From Candidatus Borrarchaeum weybense (lineage in GTDB: Archaea; Asgardarchaeota; Sifarchaeia; Borrarchaeales; Borrarchaeaceae): a DNA stretch of 64,000 nucleotides. Within the stretch, counting starts at the first letter, position 1. Each line of letters starts with the position of its first letter. The notes under the pieces were generated by a model that saw only the letters and a list, made by a program, of their open reading frames with translations, ran no database searches and had not been told where the DNA came from. The stretch covers positions 1,234,539 through 1,298,538 of the forward strand of contig JAHQJS010000004.1 in NCBI GenBank assembly GCA_019057385.1, read 5' to 3'. Both the position numbers and the translations under genes were made by a program. Below, piece after piece: positions 1 through 10,441 of the stretch.

Positions 1-403
1 TCAAAATTCTTAATTTTATTGATTATTAAAAAAGTACGATCTCTATGCTGTTTTATGCATATATCACAAGATGCAAGGACCTTTGTTATTAGATGAAACC
101 AAATACGGCATGTTCCTTTTATTTTCATGTTTTATACATATTCTCCTTAAGTCTAATTATTGAATATAATATATTATTCTCGTAAGAGTGAAATTGGTAT
201 GGTTTGCGAGAGTCTACAAGATTTTGATATATATTGTAGACCCATTATTTTTGATATATGTGAATATTTTAGTATTAGCGATATTAAAACTCGAAAACCA
301 CTACTAGTAAACACAAGAATCCACATATCCACAGGAAACTACTATTATTCTCTCAAATTAATAATCTTACGCATCTCACATTCAAACAGATGAGGCTGAC
401 TGC

Positions 404-426
404 TACTTATTTTCGTAAAATAAGTA
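404..426. terminator. Perfect 10-bp hairpin downstream of treT (terminator or operator)
   Basis: TACTTATTTT-CGT-AAAATAAGTA, ~30 nt past the treT stop. Confidence 0.4.
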
Positions 427-457
427 TACGAGGGATGCAGAGGTTGTGGAAGAACCT

Positions 458-1666
458 TTAATCTAAGTAATTCTCAAATATATTAAGCCAATCAATCATT
501 AGTCTTGTAATCAAGAAATTATTTTTTACATGTTCTTTTCCATTTTTACCCATTTCATCTCGTAGTTTTTCATCTTTCAGAAGTTTTATTATGCTCTCAG
601 AAAATCCTTTGATATCCTTTGGTTCATGCAAAAATCCGTTCACGCCATTAATTACTTGTAATGGGATTCCTCCAACATTGGAAGCTACAACAGGTGTTTC
701 CTTCCAAAGGGCTTCAGAAACAACCAATCCAAAGCCTTCTCTTAAGGATTTTTGAATAACAACCGAAGAAGCGGTCTGTAAACAATTAACCATCAGATCT
801 GTTCCATTTAAAAGTAGCTTGATGTCCTTCTTATATTTACTCTTATTAACCTTTTTTCTAACCTTTTCATATATTTGCTGTCCCTCAGGGTCGTCTGTGG
901 CAAATGCGCCGAGTAAAACTAGCTGACAATCCAATTTTTGCCTTACCATTTCAAAAACTCTTATAACTCCAAGCGGGTCTTTCCACTTATCAAATCTTGA
1001 TACTTGCGAAATGATTGGTCTTTCTATATTTATTCCATGTTTAGTCAATGTGCTATCAATCATTTTATCAGAGATTTTTTTATTCTTTTGGTATAAAGGG
1101 TCTATTGCAGGATAAATAACACTTTGTGGAATATTTAACTCCTTTTTATATTTCTCCATTGAGATGACCAAATGATCATATTGCTCGATGAAGTTTTTTA
1201 AATAAGTCCAGTGTATTGTGTTGGGATGAGTTATATCAATGTGGGCCCTAAAAATCCACGGCTGTTTTTTTTCGTAGAAGTCAACTAATGCCAAAGGTTG
1301 CGGATCATGCACTATTACAAGGTCGTGATTGTTTATGTGTGTGAATTTTGAAAAGCGTTTATTTGTTTCGTAATAGATTTTTTTCCTTCGTTCTGACAAA
1401 TTTATTTTATCGCCTTGGAGTCCATTATGAAAACTTTTTGTAACTTTAAAGAAGTCAGGATTTCCATGCAGAATTCTCCAACCGAAATCAATCCCAAAGT
1501 CGTGAAACATCGGAATCATACTATTAAGCATCTCTGCAACACCGCCCCCTTGATAAGTCGAGTTAATACAAAGGATGTGATATTTAGAAAATTTTTCCGA
1601 CTTCATCTGAAGTTGTTCAAAGTGTTCTATTCCAACGATGCTTCGATAGTTTTTCAGAGATGCCAT
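458..1666 (-). CDS. treT: Trehalose synthase TreT (GT4 glycosyltransferase)
   Basis: NSTYQGGGVAEML, HDPQP, SRFDKWKDP and EGFGLVVSEALWK motifs typical of TreT. Confidence 0.88.
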   Translation of the reverse strand: MASLKNYRSIVGIEHFEQLQMKSEKFSKYHILCINSTYQGGGVAEMLNSMIPMFHDFGIDFGWRILHGNPDFFKVTKSFHNGLQGDKINLSERRKKIYYETNKRFSKFTHINNHDLVIVHDPQPLALVDFYEKKQPWIFRAHIDITHPNTIHWTYLKNFIEQYDHLVISMEKYKKELNIPQSVIYPAIDPLYQKNKKISDKMIDSTLTKHGINIERPIISQVSRFDKWKDPLGVIRVFEMVRQKLDCQLVLLGAFATDDPEGQQIYEKVRKKVNKSKYKKDIKLLLNGTDLMVNCLQTASSVVIQKSLREGFGLVVSEALWKETPVVASNVGGIPLQVINGVNGFLHEPKDIKGFSESIIKLLKDEKLRDEMGKNGKEHVKNNFLITRLMIDWLNIFENYLD

Positions 1667-1909
1667 TTCGGTTTACCTCACAGTGGGTTCATCGGGAAAA
1701 TATACAGGGAAAACCGTATATCTCATTTATAAATTTTTAGAATTGCTGAGAAATAGGTCGAGTGAAATACGAAGTATTTTTTCAATATTCATAAAAGATT
1801 TTTGAAAATACTGTTTTACAAAAACTTTAAGAACTTGTTATTAGTGTATTGGTTGTTCTCTAGGCAAACCGTTATGTCTGCGTATTATGGAGAATATCGA
1901 GGACAAAAT

Positions 1910-3157
1910 ATGAAAATAGCCTTTTTTGTCTGGGAATTTCCACCCAAGATTGTTGGTGGATTAGGAACATATGCTCTGGAGATAACACAACAGTTTATTA
2001 AAAGAGGACATGAAGTCACGGTCTTTACCCTTAATGATCCTTCTGGGAAACTCCTCACAAGAGATATTTGGCGTGGTGTTGAGGTCTACAGACCGACACC
2101 TATCGATTTTAGCGGTCTATTTCCAACTTTTGTTGATACCGAACTCAGAGAATGGGGATTAGGACTTCGTTTCTTTTCAGATGTTATAACCTATAATGTA
2201 TTTTCAGCTGCAAAACTTTGCAATCACCTCGTAAAAAAAGAGCGTAGAGAATTCGATATATTATCTGCTCACGATTGGCTATCAGTTCTTGGAGGAATTT
2301 CATCAAAAAGACATCTAGATCTGCCTCTGATATTCCATGTCCATTCTACTGAACGAGGGAGGGCACTCGGAGGAGGCTCATGCACTGTAGAAAACTTTGA
2401 AGCAAAGGGTGCTGAAGTTTCTGATGGAATAATTACAGTATCAAAGGTTATGCGCGAAGAACTCATCTCTGTAGGCTTTCCTGTCCATAAGATAAATGTC
2501 ATTTGGAATGGAGTTGACCCAGAAAACAAATATAATCCAAAAAATATCCCTGAAGAAAGTATTTTGACAATTAGAGAAAGATATGGAATTCAAGATGATG
2601 AATTCATGATTTTTTACGTTGGACGCTTAATTGCTGTTAAAGGAGTTGATTGTTTAATCAGAGCCATGCCTCAAGTTTTGGCTGATGTGCCAAACGCAAA
2701 GTTAGTCATTGTGGGTATGGGAAATTTGTACCAATACTTAGAAGATACTGTAAGCCAGTTAAATCTCCAAGATAAAGTAATTTTTCGTAATGAATTTATC
2801 TCGGAAGAGGAACGTATTCTAAGCATTGCAGCTTCAGATGTGTGTGTCTTTCCGTCTCATTACGAACCTTTCGGAATTGTTAGTCTAGAGGCGATGGCGA
2901 TGAAAAAACCTGTGGTAGTAGGAGCAATGGGAACTTCTGGATTCAAAGAACAAGTAATAGAAGCAGGAACAGACCAATGTGGTTATCTTATTGATCCAAA
3001 TGATCCAAATGATATCGCTAACGCAGTAACAACAATACTCCAAGATCCCGACCGTGCAAAAAAAATGGGAGAAAACGCAAGAAAAAGAGTATTAGCAGAA
3101 TTTACATGGGATCATGTAGCTGAGAATACAATATCTGTGTATGAAAGATTTCTTTAA
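1910..3157 (+). CDS. GT4 glycosyltransferase (glycogen synthase-like)
   Basis: WEFPPKIVGGLG, HDW, HSTE and YEPFGIVSLEAMA motifs; start moved to ATG 1910 (MKIAFF). Confidence 0.85.
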   Translation: MKIAFFVWEFPPKIVGGLGTYALEITQQFIKRGHEVTVFTLNDPSGKLLTRDIWRGVEVYRPTPIDFSGLFPTFVDTELREWGLGLRFFSDVITYNVFSAAKLCNHLVKKERREFDILSAHDWLSVLGGISSKRHLDLPLIFHVHSTERGRALGGGSCTVENFEAKGAEVSDGIITVSKVMREELISVGFPVHKINVIWNGVDPENKYNPKNIPEESILTIRERYGIQDDEFMIFYVGRLIAVKGVDCLIRAMPQVLADVPNAKLVIVGMGNLYQYLEDTVSQLNLQDKVIFRNEFISEEERILSIAASDVCVFPSHYEPFGIVSLEAMAMKKPVVVGAMGTSGFKEQVIEAGTDQCGYLIDPNDPNDIANAVTTILQDPDRAKKMGENARKRVLAEFTWDHVAENTISVYERFL

Positions 3158-3457
3158 AATTTATACGCGATTACAAGAGCTTTTCTCTCAATATTTTTGA
3201 AGATGGCATGAAAACACACATGAAAAGATATATAAGAAACTTAAATATGGATGTAAAGCTATATTATGCAGCTTTAGTGAAGCTTAAATTATCAATGGAG
3301 ATTAGAATTGATACTTATGACGCTGGCACTGGTCGTGTAGATGAACTGGCTACCTTTGAAAATTAAGTTAAAGATGTAGACTATTTTGTATTGTGTGGGT
3401 TAATTATGTGAACAAAAACATTTTAAAATTCTTTAATTTTAAAAAGGATGTGAATTC

Positions 3458-4678
3458 TTGAATTCTGCAAATAATGATAAATCAAATAATTGGATGTTGC
3501 CAATTAATATTGTAAATTTGCTCTTTAATACAGTAACAATAATACCCTTCGTTATAATTCCTCTTTATGCAACAACTGTATTAGGTGCCTCCCTTTTTCA
3601 AGCAAGCTTGATCGCCGGAACGTTCTTTGGAGTTAATGCAGTGACGGCCATAATTATGGGGTCACTGTCTGATATTATGGGGAAGCGAAAACCATTTCTG
3701 ATTTTTAGTCTGTTCGGATCTGCAGTCATCTTTCTCATAATCTCTTTTATTGCACTCCCAGTAACATTGATTTTATTAATGGGGCTCTTTGGATTCATAG
3801 CCGCAGGATTCTCACCCTGCGCGATGGGCATGGTCTCTGAATACTCAGAACCGGGAGAAAAAGGTAAAAACTTAGGATATTTAAATTCTGGAACCTCATT
3901 GGGGTGGGCAGTAGGCTCTTTTTCGAGCGGGACAATTACTGAACTTTTCAGTTTTGCGATGACCTTCTATTTTGGATGCATGCTTGCAGTTCTTGCTGCT
4001 GTCCTAACGATTATCTTCTTGAGAGAGACAAAAACCGACATTGTTAAAGAAAGAAACTTCAGCAAGATTATACTCGCTTTGAAAAATCGATTCATACCGA
4101 AAAGTGGCGAAAGCACATATTTAAAAGAAAAGGGCTTAAGTTGGTTTTATATCTCTTTATTCTTTAGATATAGTGCTTATTGGGGGTCATTTGCTTTATT
4201 ATCCATTTTCTTTGCGACAATAGTGTCGACAACATGGGTTGGTATCCTTATAGCTATCAACTTAGGGATTTCAGCTTTAATTATGTCCCCTGTGGGTAAA
4301 TTTTCCGATATGAAAGGCAGAAAAATAATCATTATGTTTGGATTAATTGGGACTAGTATTGTTTTAGTAATGTATGCGACATCCTACAGCCTTATTTTAC
4401 TCATTATCGCCCAAGTCCTTAATGCTTTTGTTTTTGCAAGCATTTATACTGGAGGAAGTGCCTTTGTATCAGATGTCGCGCCTTCTGCCAGCCACAACGA
4501 AGCTATGGGTTACCTCAATTCTGCTATAACCTTTGGAGCTGTGACTGGAACCCTAATAGCAGGTATAATGGCTGAAATATTTGGTTTAAGAATTATGTTT
4601 CTCATCTTGGCTATATTGCCTATTATTGGTGCTGTAATTGTTTTATCAAAAGTAAGCGAAACCATCTCATCATCATAA
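3458..4678 (+). CDS. MFS transporter
   Basis: ~12 hydrophobic helices, motif A GSLSDIMGKRK repeated as GKFSDMKGRK. Confidence 0.9.
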   Translation: MNSANNDKSNNWMLPINIVNLLFNTVTIIPFVIIPLYATTVLGASLFQASLIAGTFFGVNAVTAIIMGSLSDIMGKRKPFLIFSLFGSAVIFLIISFIALPVTLILLMGLFGFIAAGFSPCAMGMVSEYSEPGEKGKNLGYLNSGTSLGWAVGSFSSGTITELFSFAMTFYFGCMLAVLAAVLTIIFLRETKTDIVKERNFSKIILALKNRFIPKSGESTYLKEKGLSWFYISLFFRYSAYWGSFALLSIFFATIVSTTWVGILIAINLGISALIMSPVGKFSDMKGRKIIIMFGLIGTSIVLVMYATSYSLILLIIAQVLNAFVFASIYTGGSAFVSDVAPSASHNEAMGYLNSAITFGAVTGTLIAGIMAEIFGLRIMFLILAILPIIGAVIVLSKVSETISSS

Positions 4679-4759
4679 TTGTTGAGGATTAGGAGGTTTG
4701 GATGATGAGAGGGCATATAACAATAACATAATAGCCTAATTTAATGAGGGGTACAAAAA

Positions 4760-6325
4760 ATGAAGGTGAGTAGGGTACAAGAGATGAGGAATCTTGATAA
4801 ATGTGCTATTGAGGACTATGGTATCGTTGGGGATATCCTCATGGAGAATGCAGGTCAGGCAGCTTACTTCGTGATACTCGATCAGATAGGCATAAAGGGG
4901 AAGGATTTTATCATCCTTTGTGGTTCAGGCAATAACGGCGGTGATGGGCTTGTGGCAGCCAGGAAGATACATTCCCAGGGCGGCACTGCTCGGGTCTTCC
5001 TAATGAGCGATGAGGGTAAGTTTAAAGGATCCGCTAGAAAGAACTTCGAGATTGTTTCCAAATTGCCCATCGAGGTCCGGAAGGTAGAGGACCGAGAAAC
5101 GCTCAGATCTTATATCATGAATTGTGACGTTATTGTGGATGCCATCTTAGGGACTGGTATTACACGGGAGGTAAAGGGCAAATATAGAGATATAATCAAT
5201 CTAATAAACAAGAGTAAAAAATTGACTGTCAGCATAGACATCCCTTCGGGGATAAACGGTGACACCGGAAAGATTATGGGTGTAGCCGTGAGAGCCGATT
5301 ATACTATAACCTACGGTCTACCGAAGATTGGCAACGTCATCTATCCTGGCTTTGAATATTGTGGAAAACTCTACGTTACTCATATATCATTCCCTCCAGA
5401 ACTTTATAACAAACCCGAGTTAAAGATAGAGATAGGAATTCCTTCTCCGCTACCAAAGAACGGGCATAAGGGAGATATTGGAAAGGTCTTATTCATAGCA
5501 GGGGCCAAGGGATATCACGAGTCCCCATACTACTTGGTATCATCGTTCCTAAAAGCAGGAGGCGATTACTCACGCTTTGCTGCCCCTCGCTCGGTTATAC
5601 CTTTCATAGCCAACGAGGACAAAAAGATAGCTTTCGTTCACCTAACAGAAACGAAGAGCGGGAGCATCGCGATGCAAAACAAAGATCAACTTTTAGAGAT
5701 AGCAGAGCAAATGGATCTTGTGGTAATAGGTTCTGGCGTTTCACTAAACAAGGAAACTCAGGAACTGGTGAGGATCCTAGCTGAGGAGATTGAGCGCCCT
5801 CTTCTTTTTTATAATGATAGTATTACCGTCATATCAAAGAATATAGAAGTAATAAGGTCAAGAGCAGAACCCACAGTTCTTATTGCTAATCTAGGTGAGA
5901 TGTCCTCGATTGTATCTAAGGATACAGCAGAAATTGAAGAAACTATTATTGATATCTTACAAGAGATGGCAAAAACCCTTGATTCGATCATTGTACTAAA
6001 GGCTGCCCATTCTCTGATAAGCTACCCTGACAAAACTGTTCGCATCAATATGAGTGGCAATCCTGATATGATAACTGAAGGGTCTGGAGATGTACTTGTG
6101 GGCTGCATTGCTGCGATGTTTGGTCTTGGTCTTTCTATAGAGGAAGCGGTTGTGACTGGCGTCTTCATTCATGGTTTATCGGCAGATATAACTGCAGAAA
6201 ACAAGGAAACGGACGAAATCACGGCCCAGAATATCATCGACTACCTTCCTATAGCTCTCAAAAGATATAGAGAAAGGGGCAATGAGATACTTAACCACTT
6301 CTATCACAGCATATACTATGTATAG
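4760..6325 (+). CDS. nnr: Fused NAD(P)HX epimerase (YjeF_N) / dehydratase-like domain; dehydratase motifs degenerate
   Basis: LMENAG, GSGNNGGDG, DAILGTG and DIPSG in the N-domain; HKG and GSGDVL in the C-domain. Confidence 0.85.
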   Translation: MKVSRVQEMRNLDKCAIEDYGIVGDILMENAGQAAYFVILDQIGIKGKDFIILCGSGNNGGDGLVAARKIHSQGGTARVFLMSDEGKFKGSARKNFEIVSKLPIEVRKVEDRETLRSYIMNCDVIVDAILGTGITREVKGKYRDIINLINKSKKLTVSIDIPSGINGDTGKIMGVAVRADYTITYGLPKIGNVIYPGFEYCGKLYVTHISFPPELYNKPELKIEIGIPSPLPKNGHKGDIGKVLFIAGAKGYHESPYYLVSSFLKAGGDYSRFAAPRSVIPFIANEDKKIAFVHLTETKSGSIAMQNKDQLLEIAEQMDLVVIGSGVSLNKETQELVRILAEEIERPLLFYNDSITVISKNIEVIRSRAEPTVLIANLGEMSSIVSKDTAEIEETIIDILQEMAKTLDSIIVLKAAHSLISYPDKTVRINMSGNPDMITEGSGDVLVGCIAAMFGLGLSIEEAVVTGVFIHGLSADITAENKETDEITAQNIIDYLPIALKRYRERGNEILNHFYHSIYYV

Positions 6326-6335
6326 GTGGATAATT

Positions 6336-7355
6336 ATGAAAGCATGGATAGCAAGGAAACAGGCTAGTATCGAAGAAAAACCAATGGAGTTCACAAATCT
6401 CCCAACACCAATTCCAAAAGGAGATGAAATAAGGATAAAAATATCAGCCTGCGGTATTTGCAGGACGGACCTACATATTGTTGAGGGCGACCTTCCTTTG
6501 AAGAAATCTCCAATTGTTCCAGGACATGAGGTCGTCGGTGTGGTGGATGAAGTAGGGGATAAGGTTAAGAGGTTTAAAAGCGGAGACAAAGTGGGCGTAT
6601 CCTGGTTGCATAGCACCTGCAGAAGATGTAAGTACTGCCTCTCAGGAAGGGAGAATTACTGTCCTGAGTACAAATGCACGGGCTGGCATGTTAACGGCGG
6701 TTTCGCGGAATATATGACCATTAGGGAAGACTTTGCTCTTTCACTTCAGGGCGTAGATATGGATCCCGAGGACATAGCACCACTCTTATGCCCAGGGGTC
6801 GCTGGATATCTTTCCTTTAAACTTGCCTCCGTCAAGGAGGGTGATAAACTTGGTCTGTACGGGTTTGGGCCAACAGCTTACTATGTCTTAAAGGTTGCTA
6901 ATTACCTTGGAATAGAATGCTATGTGAGTACAAGATCAAAACATAATATAGAATCTGCAAGAAGGGAGGGCGCAGTATGGGCCAACGATACGATGAATGC
7001 CAAGATGCCTGAACGGCTAGATGCTGCGATACTCTTCCCGCCAGCGGGCAAGTTAGTTGAACCCACGCTTTCTCAGGTCAATCAGGGAGGAAGAGTGATC
7101 TTGGCCGCAGTGGACATGTCCCTGATAGAGATAAATGATTATTCCAATAATCTCTGGGGCAGAGACATCTTCACTCTTTATAATGTGAAGCATTCCGAAT
7201 CAGAGGAATTCTTAAGACTTGCCACAAAAATTGGTATAACTATAGATATCAAGGTATTTCCCTTCGAGAAGTTACAAGACGCCATGATCCAATTGAAGCA
7301 AAGGAAGATAAAGGAACCCAATGTAGTCATAAAGATGCCGACACCCGAGGGATAA
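6336..7355 (+). CDS. Zn-dependent alcohol dehydrogenase family protein
   Basis: CGICRTDLH, GHE, CxxCxxCx7C and GLYGFG; start at ATG 6336 behind AGGTGG. Confidence 0.88.
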   Translation: MKAWIARKQASIEEKPMEFTNLPTPIPKGDEIRIKISACGICRTDLHIVEGDLPLKKSPIVPGHEVVGVVDEVGDKVKRFKSGDKVGVSWLHSTCRRCKYCLSGRENYCPEYKCTGWHVNGGFAEYMTIREDFALSLQGVDMDPEDIAPLLCPGVAGYLSFKLASVKEGDKLGLYGFGPTAYYVLKVANYLGIECYVSTRSKHNIESARREGAVWANDTMNAKMPERLDAAILFPPAGKLVEPTLSQVNQGGRVILAAVDMSLIEINDYSNNLWGRDIFTLYNVKHSESEEFLRLATKIGITIDIKVFPFEKLQDAMIQLKQRKIKEPNVVIKMPTPEG

Positions 7356-7670
7356 CATTTTTTTGACTATTGTTCAAAATGGTACTAATCCCGAATTTAA
7401 TCATCCCTTATCTTTAGGAGGCAAATTAGCGACCAGAAGGCATTAATTGAGTGATGTTTAATCTGTTTTGGATCTGATTTTTAAGTTTTGAAAAGTGATA
7501 TCGTGCAGCAACTTAATCCAATGTATTTTTAAATGGAATTACGTGATGAAGGGTACAAAGGTTTGAATTAAATCAACAAAAATCATTGGAGACTCAAACC
7601 AGTTTGCATAAGATCTCTTTGTTATTAGGTCAAGACAAATAGGATTATTAGTACATAAAAAAGGAAATGC

Positions 7671-8918
7671 GTGATTTCTTTGAACTCTACAACAAGTGAT
7701 GGCGCTCCCTCATTAATATCAATTAATATTACAAATTGGCTTTCTTCTTTTGCAGCAATCGTTCCATTTGTTATTATTCCTCTTTATGCGAGGGCTTATC
7801 TGGGGGCAACGCTGTTTCAGGCTAGCATAATTATAGGAACTTTATTTGGTGTAACTTCAGTGAGTTCGGTAATTATGGGTTCGTTATCAGACGAACTGGG
7901 GCGAAGAAAACCCTTTCTTATCGTGAGCATGCTCGGATCTGCCATCATTTTTCTTGTGATCCCTCTTTTGGGCAGTTCACTGCACTTGATTTTACTCATG
8001 GCTGTTTTTGGCTTTATTTCCGCTGGATTTGTCCCCTGTATAATGGGGATGGTCTCTGAAATCTCCTCAAAAACTGAAAAAGGGAGAAATTTGGGACTTT
8101 TAAACTCGACAACCTCGCTAGGATGGGCCATAGGATCCTTTTTGAGCGGTTTAATTGCGGATTTATTTAATTTTACAATGTCTTTTTATTTAGGGAGTTT
8201 CCTTGCAGTGCTTACAGTTGTATTAACAATATTTTTCTTGAAGGAGACTAAAGCCGATGTTGGTAAAGACCGAGACTTCAAAAAGGCTTTAATCGCGTTA
8301 AAAAAACGCTTTAGTTTTTCAACTAGTGGAGAAGGTGCATATCTCAAAGAAAATGGCTTAAACTGGTTTTATGTCTCTGCATTTTTACGATATAGTGCTT
8401 ATTGGGGCTCATTTGCACTACTCACAATTTTCTTTGCGTCATTGGTCTCAACGACGTGGGTGGGTATACTACTGCTGATTAATATGGGTCTCCAGGGTTT
8501 ATTGATGACTCCTGTAGGAAAGTTGTCGGATGAAAGGCTAGGTAGAAAGCCTATTATTCTATTCGGTCTATTTGGCACGACTGTCGTACTTTCCCTTTAT
8601 GCGTTATCTTACAGTCTCTATTTGCTAATTATAGCCCAAACTCTTAATGCATTTGTGTTTGCATGTATTTATACTGGAGGTAGTGCTTTTGTATCAGATA
8701 TCTCACCGAAGGGTAAGCATAATGAGGCTATGGGTTATTTAAATTCTAGCATTACTCTCGGAGCAGTAACTGGGACAATTATAGCGGGCTTTATTGCTGA
8801 AATGTTCGGTTTAAGGAACATGTTCTTTATCTTAGCAGTTTTGCCTGTTATTGGTGCTATAGTCGTTCTTTTGAAAGTTAACGAAACTATTTTGATAACT
8901 GAAACTTTGAAAGACTAA
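7671..8918 (+). CDS. MFS transporter, paralogue of 3458..4678
   Basis: GSLSDELGRRK; shares blocks such as RYSAYWGSFALL and HNEAMGYLNS with 3458..4678. Confidence 0.9.
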   Translation: MISLNSTTSDGAPSLISINITNWLSSFAAIVPFVIIPLYARAYLGATLFQASIIIGTLFGVTSVSSVIMGSLSDELGRRKPFLIVSMLGSAIIFLVIPLLGSSLHLILLMAVFGFISAGFVPCIMGMVSEISSKTEKGRNLGLLNSTTSLGWAIGSFLSGLIADLFNFTMSFYLGSFLAVLTVVLTIFFLKETKADVGKDRDFKKALIALKKRFSFSTSGEGAYLKENGLNWFYVSAFLRYSAYWGSFALLTIFFASLVSTTWVGILLLINMGLQGLLMTPVGKLSDERLGRKPIILFGLFGTTVVLSLYALSYSLYLLIIAQTLNAFVFACIYTGGSAFVSDISPKGKHNEAMGYLNSSITLGAVTGTIIAGFIAEMFGLRNMFFILAVLPVIGAIVVLLKVNETILITETLKD

Positions 8919-9019
8919 TCCTTTTGATTTTAACTTTTTCACTTGTAAGAAAGGCATTTCTTCACCGAATTAGTTAAATGTAGGAAGAATCTAAGGACTA
9001 TCAAAAAGGTGGCGGAATT

Positions 9020-10228
9020 ATGATTACTTTAGAAAATTATCGAGAAATTGTCGGCGACACAGTAATCTCCGAGATTTATAAAAAAGCTAGAAGACTTTAT
9101 GGGAAGCACGTCGTACATATCAACTCGACATACGCAGGCGGGGGAGTAGCAGAAATGCTTGACTCCTTGGTACCTTTAATGAATGATGTTGGTTTAGAGG
9201 TAGGCTGGAGAATATTACATGGAAATCCTGATTTTTTTATAACCACAAAGAAATTTCATAACGCGCTTCAGGGAGAGGATATTAATTTTACTGAAATGAA
9301 ACAACATGTGTACACTAAAGCTAATGAGGATTTCTCTGTATTTACACACATAGATCATGATTGTGTAATTATACATGATCCACAGCCTCTGTCTCTTATA
9401 AAATATTATAAGAAAAGGCAGCCATGGGTTTGGAGATGTCATGTTGATCTGTCGAATCCTAATCAAGAGGTCTGGAATTATCTTAAGAACTTCATTCTAA
9501 GGTATGATTTGGTTATTGTTTCAAATAAGAAATACACAAAAGACGATTTACCAGTAGAACAGAAGATTGTACATCCCACCATTGATCCACTTTCTTCAAA
9601 AAATAAAGAACTCGATGATGAAACCATCGAGAAGTACATCACAAAATTCGACATACCCACTGATAAACCGCTCATAACACAGGTATCCAGATTCGATAAA
9701 TGGAAAAACCCGGAAGGGGCAATAGATGTCCTCCGGCGTGTCTGGGATAAAATAGATTGTAGATTAGTCTTATGCGGAAGTATGGCAGCAGATGACCCAG
9801 AAGGTTATCAAATTTATGAGAACGTAAAACAAAAGGCAGAAGATTTGGTTGAAAATAGGGATGTTATTCTCATAACTAGCGAAAATAATATTCTAGTAAA
9901 TGCATTACAGCGACGTTCCGATGTTGTACTACAAACCTCGATAAAAGAAGGCTTTGGACTTTCAGTAACTGAAGCTCTATGGAAGGAAACACCTGTTGTG
10001 GCTTCTAACGTTGGAGGAATCCCATTACAAGTAATTGATGGGGAAACTGGTTTTTTGGTAGATCCCCATGATACAGGAAGCTTTGCAGAAAAAGTTATAA
10101 GACTATTACAAGAGCCCGATTTAGCAGAAAAAATGGGTAAAAAAGGTAAAGAGCATATTAGAAGAAACTTTCTCATAACACGGCTTTTATCGGATTACTT
10201 GAGCGTTTTGAACGATATCATACATTGA
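9020..10228 (+). CDS. treT: Trehalose synthase TreT, second paralogue
   Basis: NSTYAGGGVAEML, HDPQP, SRFDKWK, EGFGLSVTEALWK. Confidence 0.88.
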   Translation: MITLENYREIVGDTVISEIYKKARRLYGKHVVHINSTYAGGGVAEMLDSLVPLMNDVGLEVGWRILHGNPDFFITTKKFHNALQGEDINFTEMKQHVYTKANEDFSVFTHIDHDCVIIHDPQPLSLIKYYKKRQPWVWRCHVDLSNPNQEVWNYLKNFILRYDLVIVSNKKYTKDDLPVEQKIVHPTIDPLSSKNKELDDETIEKYITKFDIPTDKPLITQVSRFDKWKNPEGAIDVLRRVWDKIDCRLVLCGSMAADDPEGYQIYENVKQKAEDLVENRDVILITSENNILVNALQRRSDVVLQTSIKEGFGLSVTEALWKETPVVASNVGGIPLQVIDGETGFLVDPHDTGSFAEKVIRLLQEPDLAEKMGKKGKEHIRRNFLITRLLSDYLSVLNDIIH

Positions 10229-10441
10229 GTAGCTCACTACTCTACAGTTCAGAGATTCAAGAGACAGTCTCTCATCATTATCTTCAAGGAATTAGTGATA
10301 AATTCATTCTATTTTCTATAACTTTATTTTTCTCAATGTGTGACGTCCTTATTGACTTTCTACCCATTTTCGCAACATTTATAAACTTCGCCGAAGAAAT
10401 TGCGCTTTCAATTAACTTTTATCGCGAAAGGTGAACTCGAA

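Noticed and set aside
1-393. Partial minus-strand ORF from ATG 128 and plus-strand ORF 160..393
   Set aside because: AT-rich with no recognisable motifs; cannot be supported from this window.
3209-3367. 52-codon ORF between GT4 and MFS
   Set aside because: No clear RBS or family signal; may be chance or a remnant.
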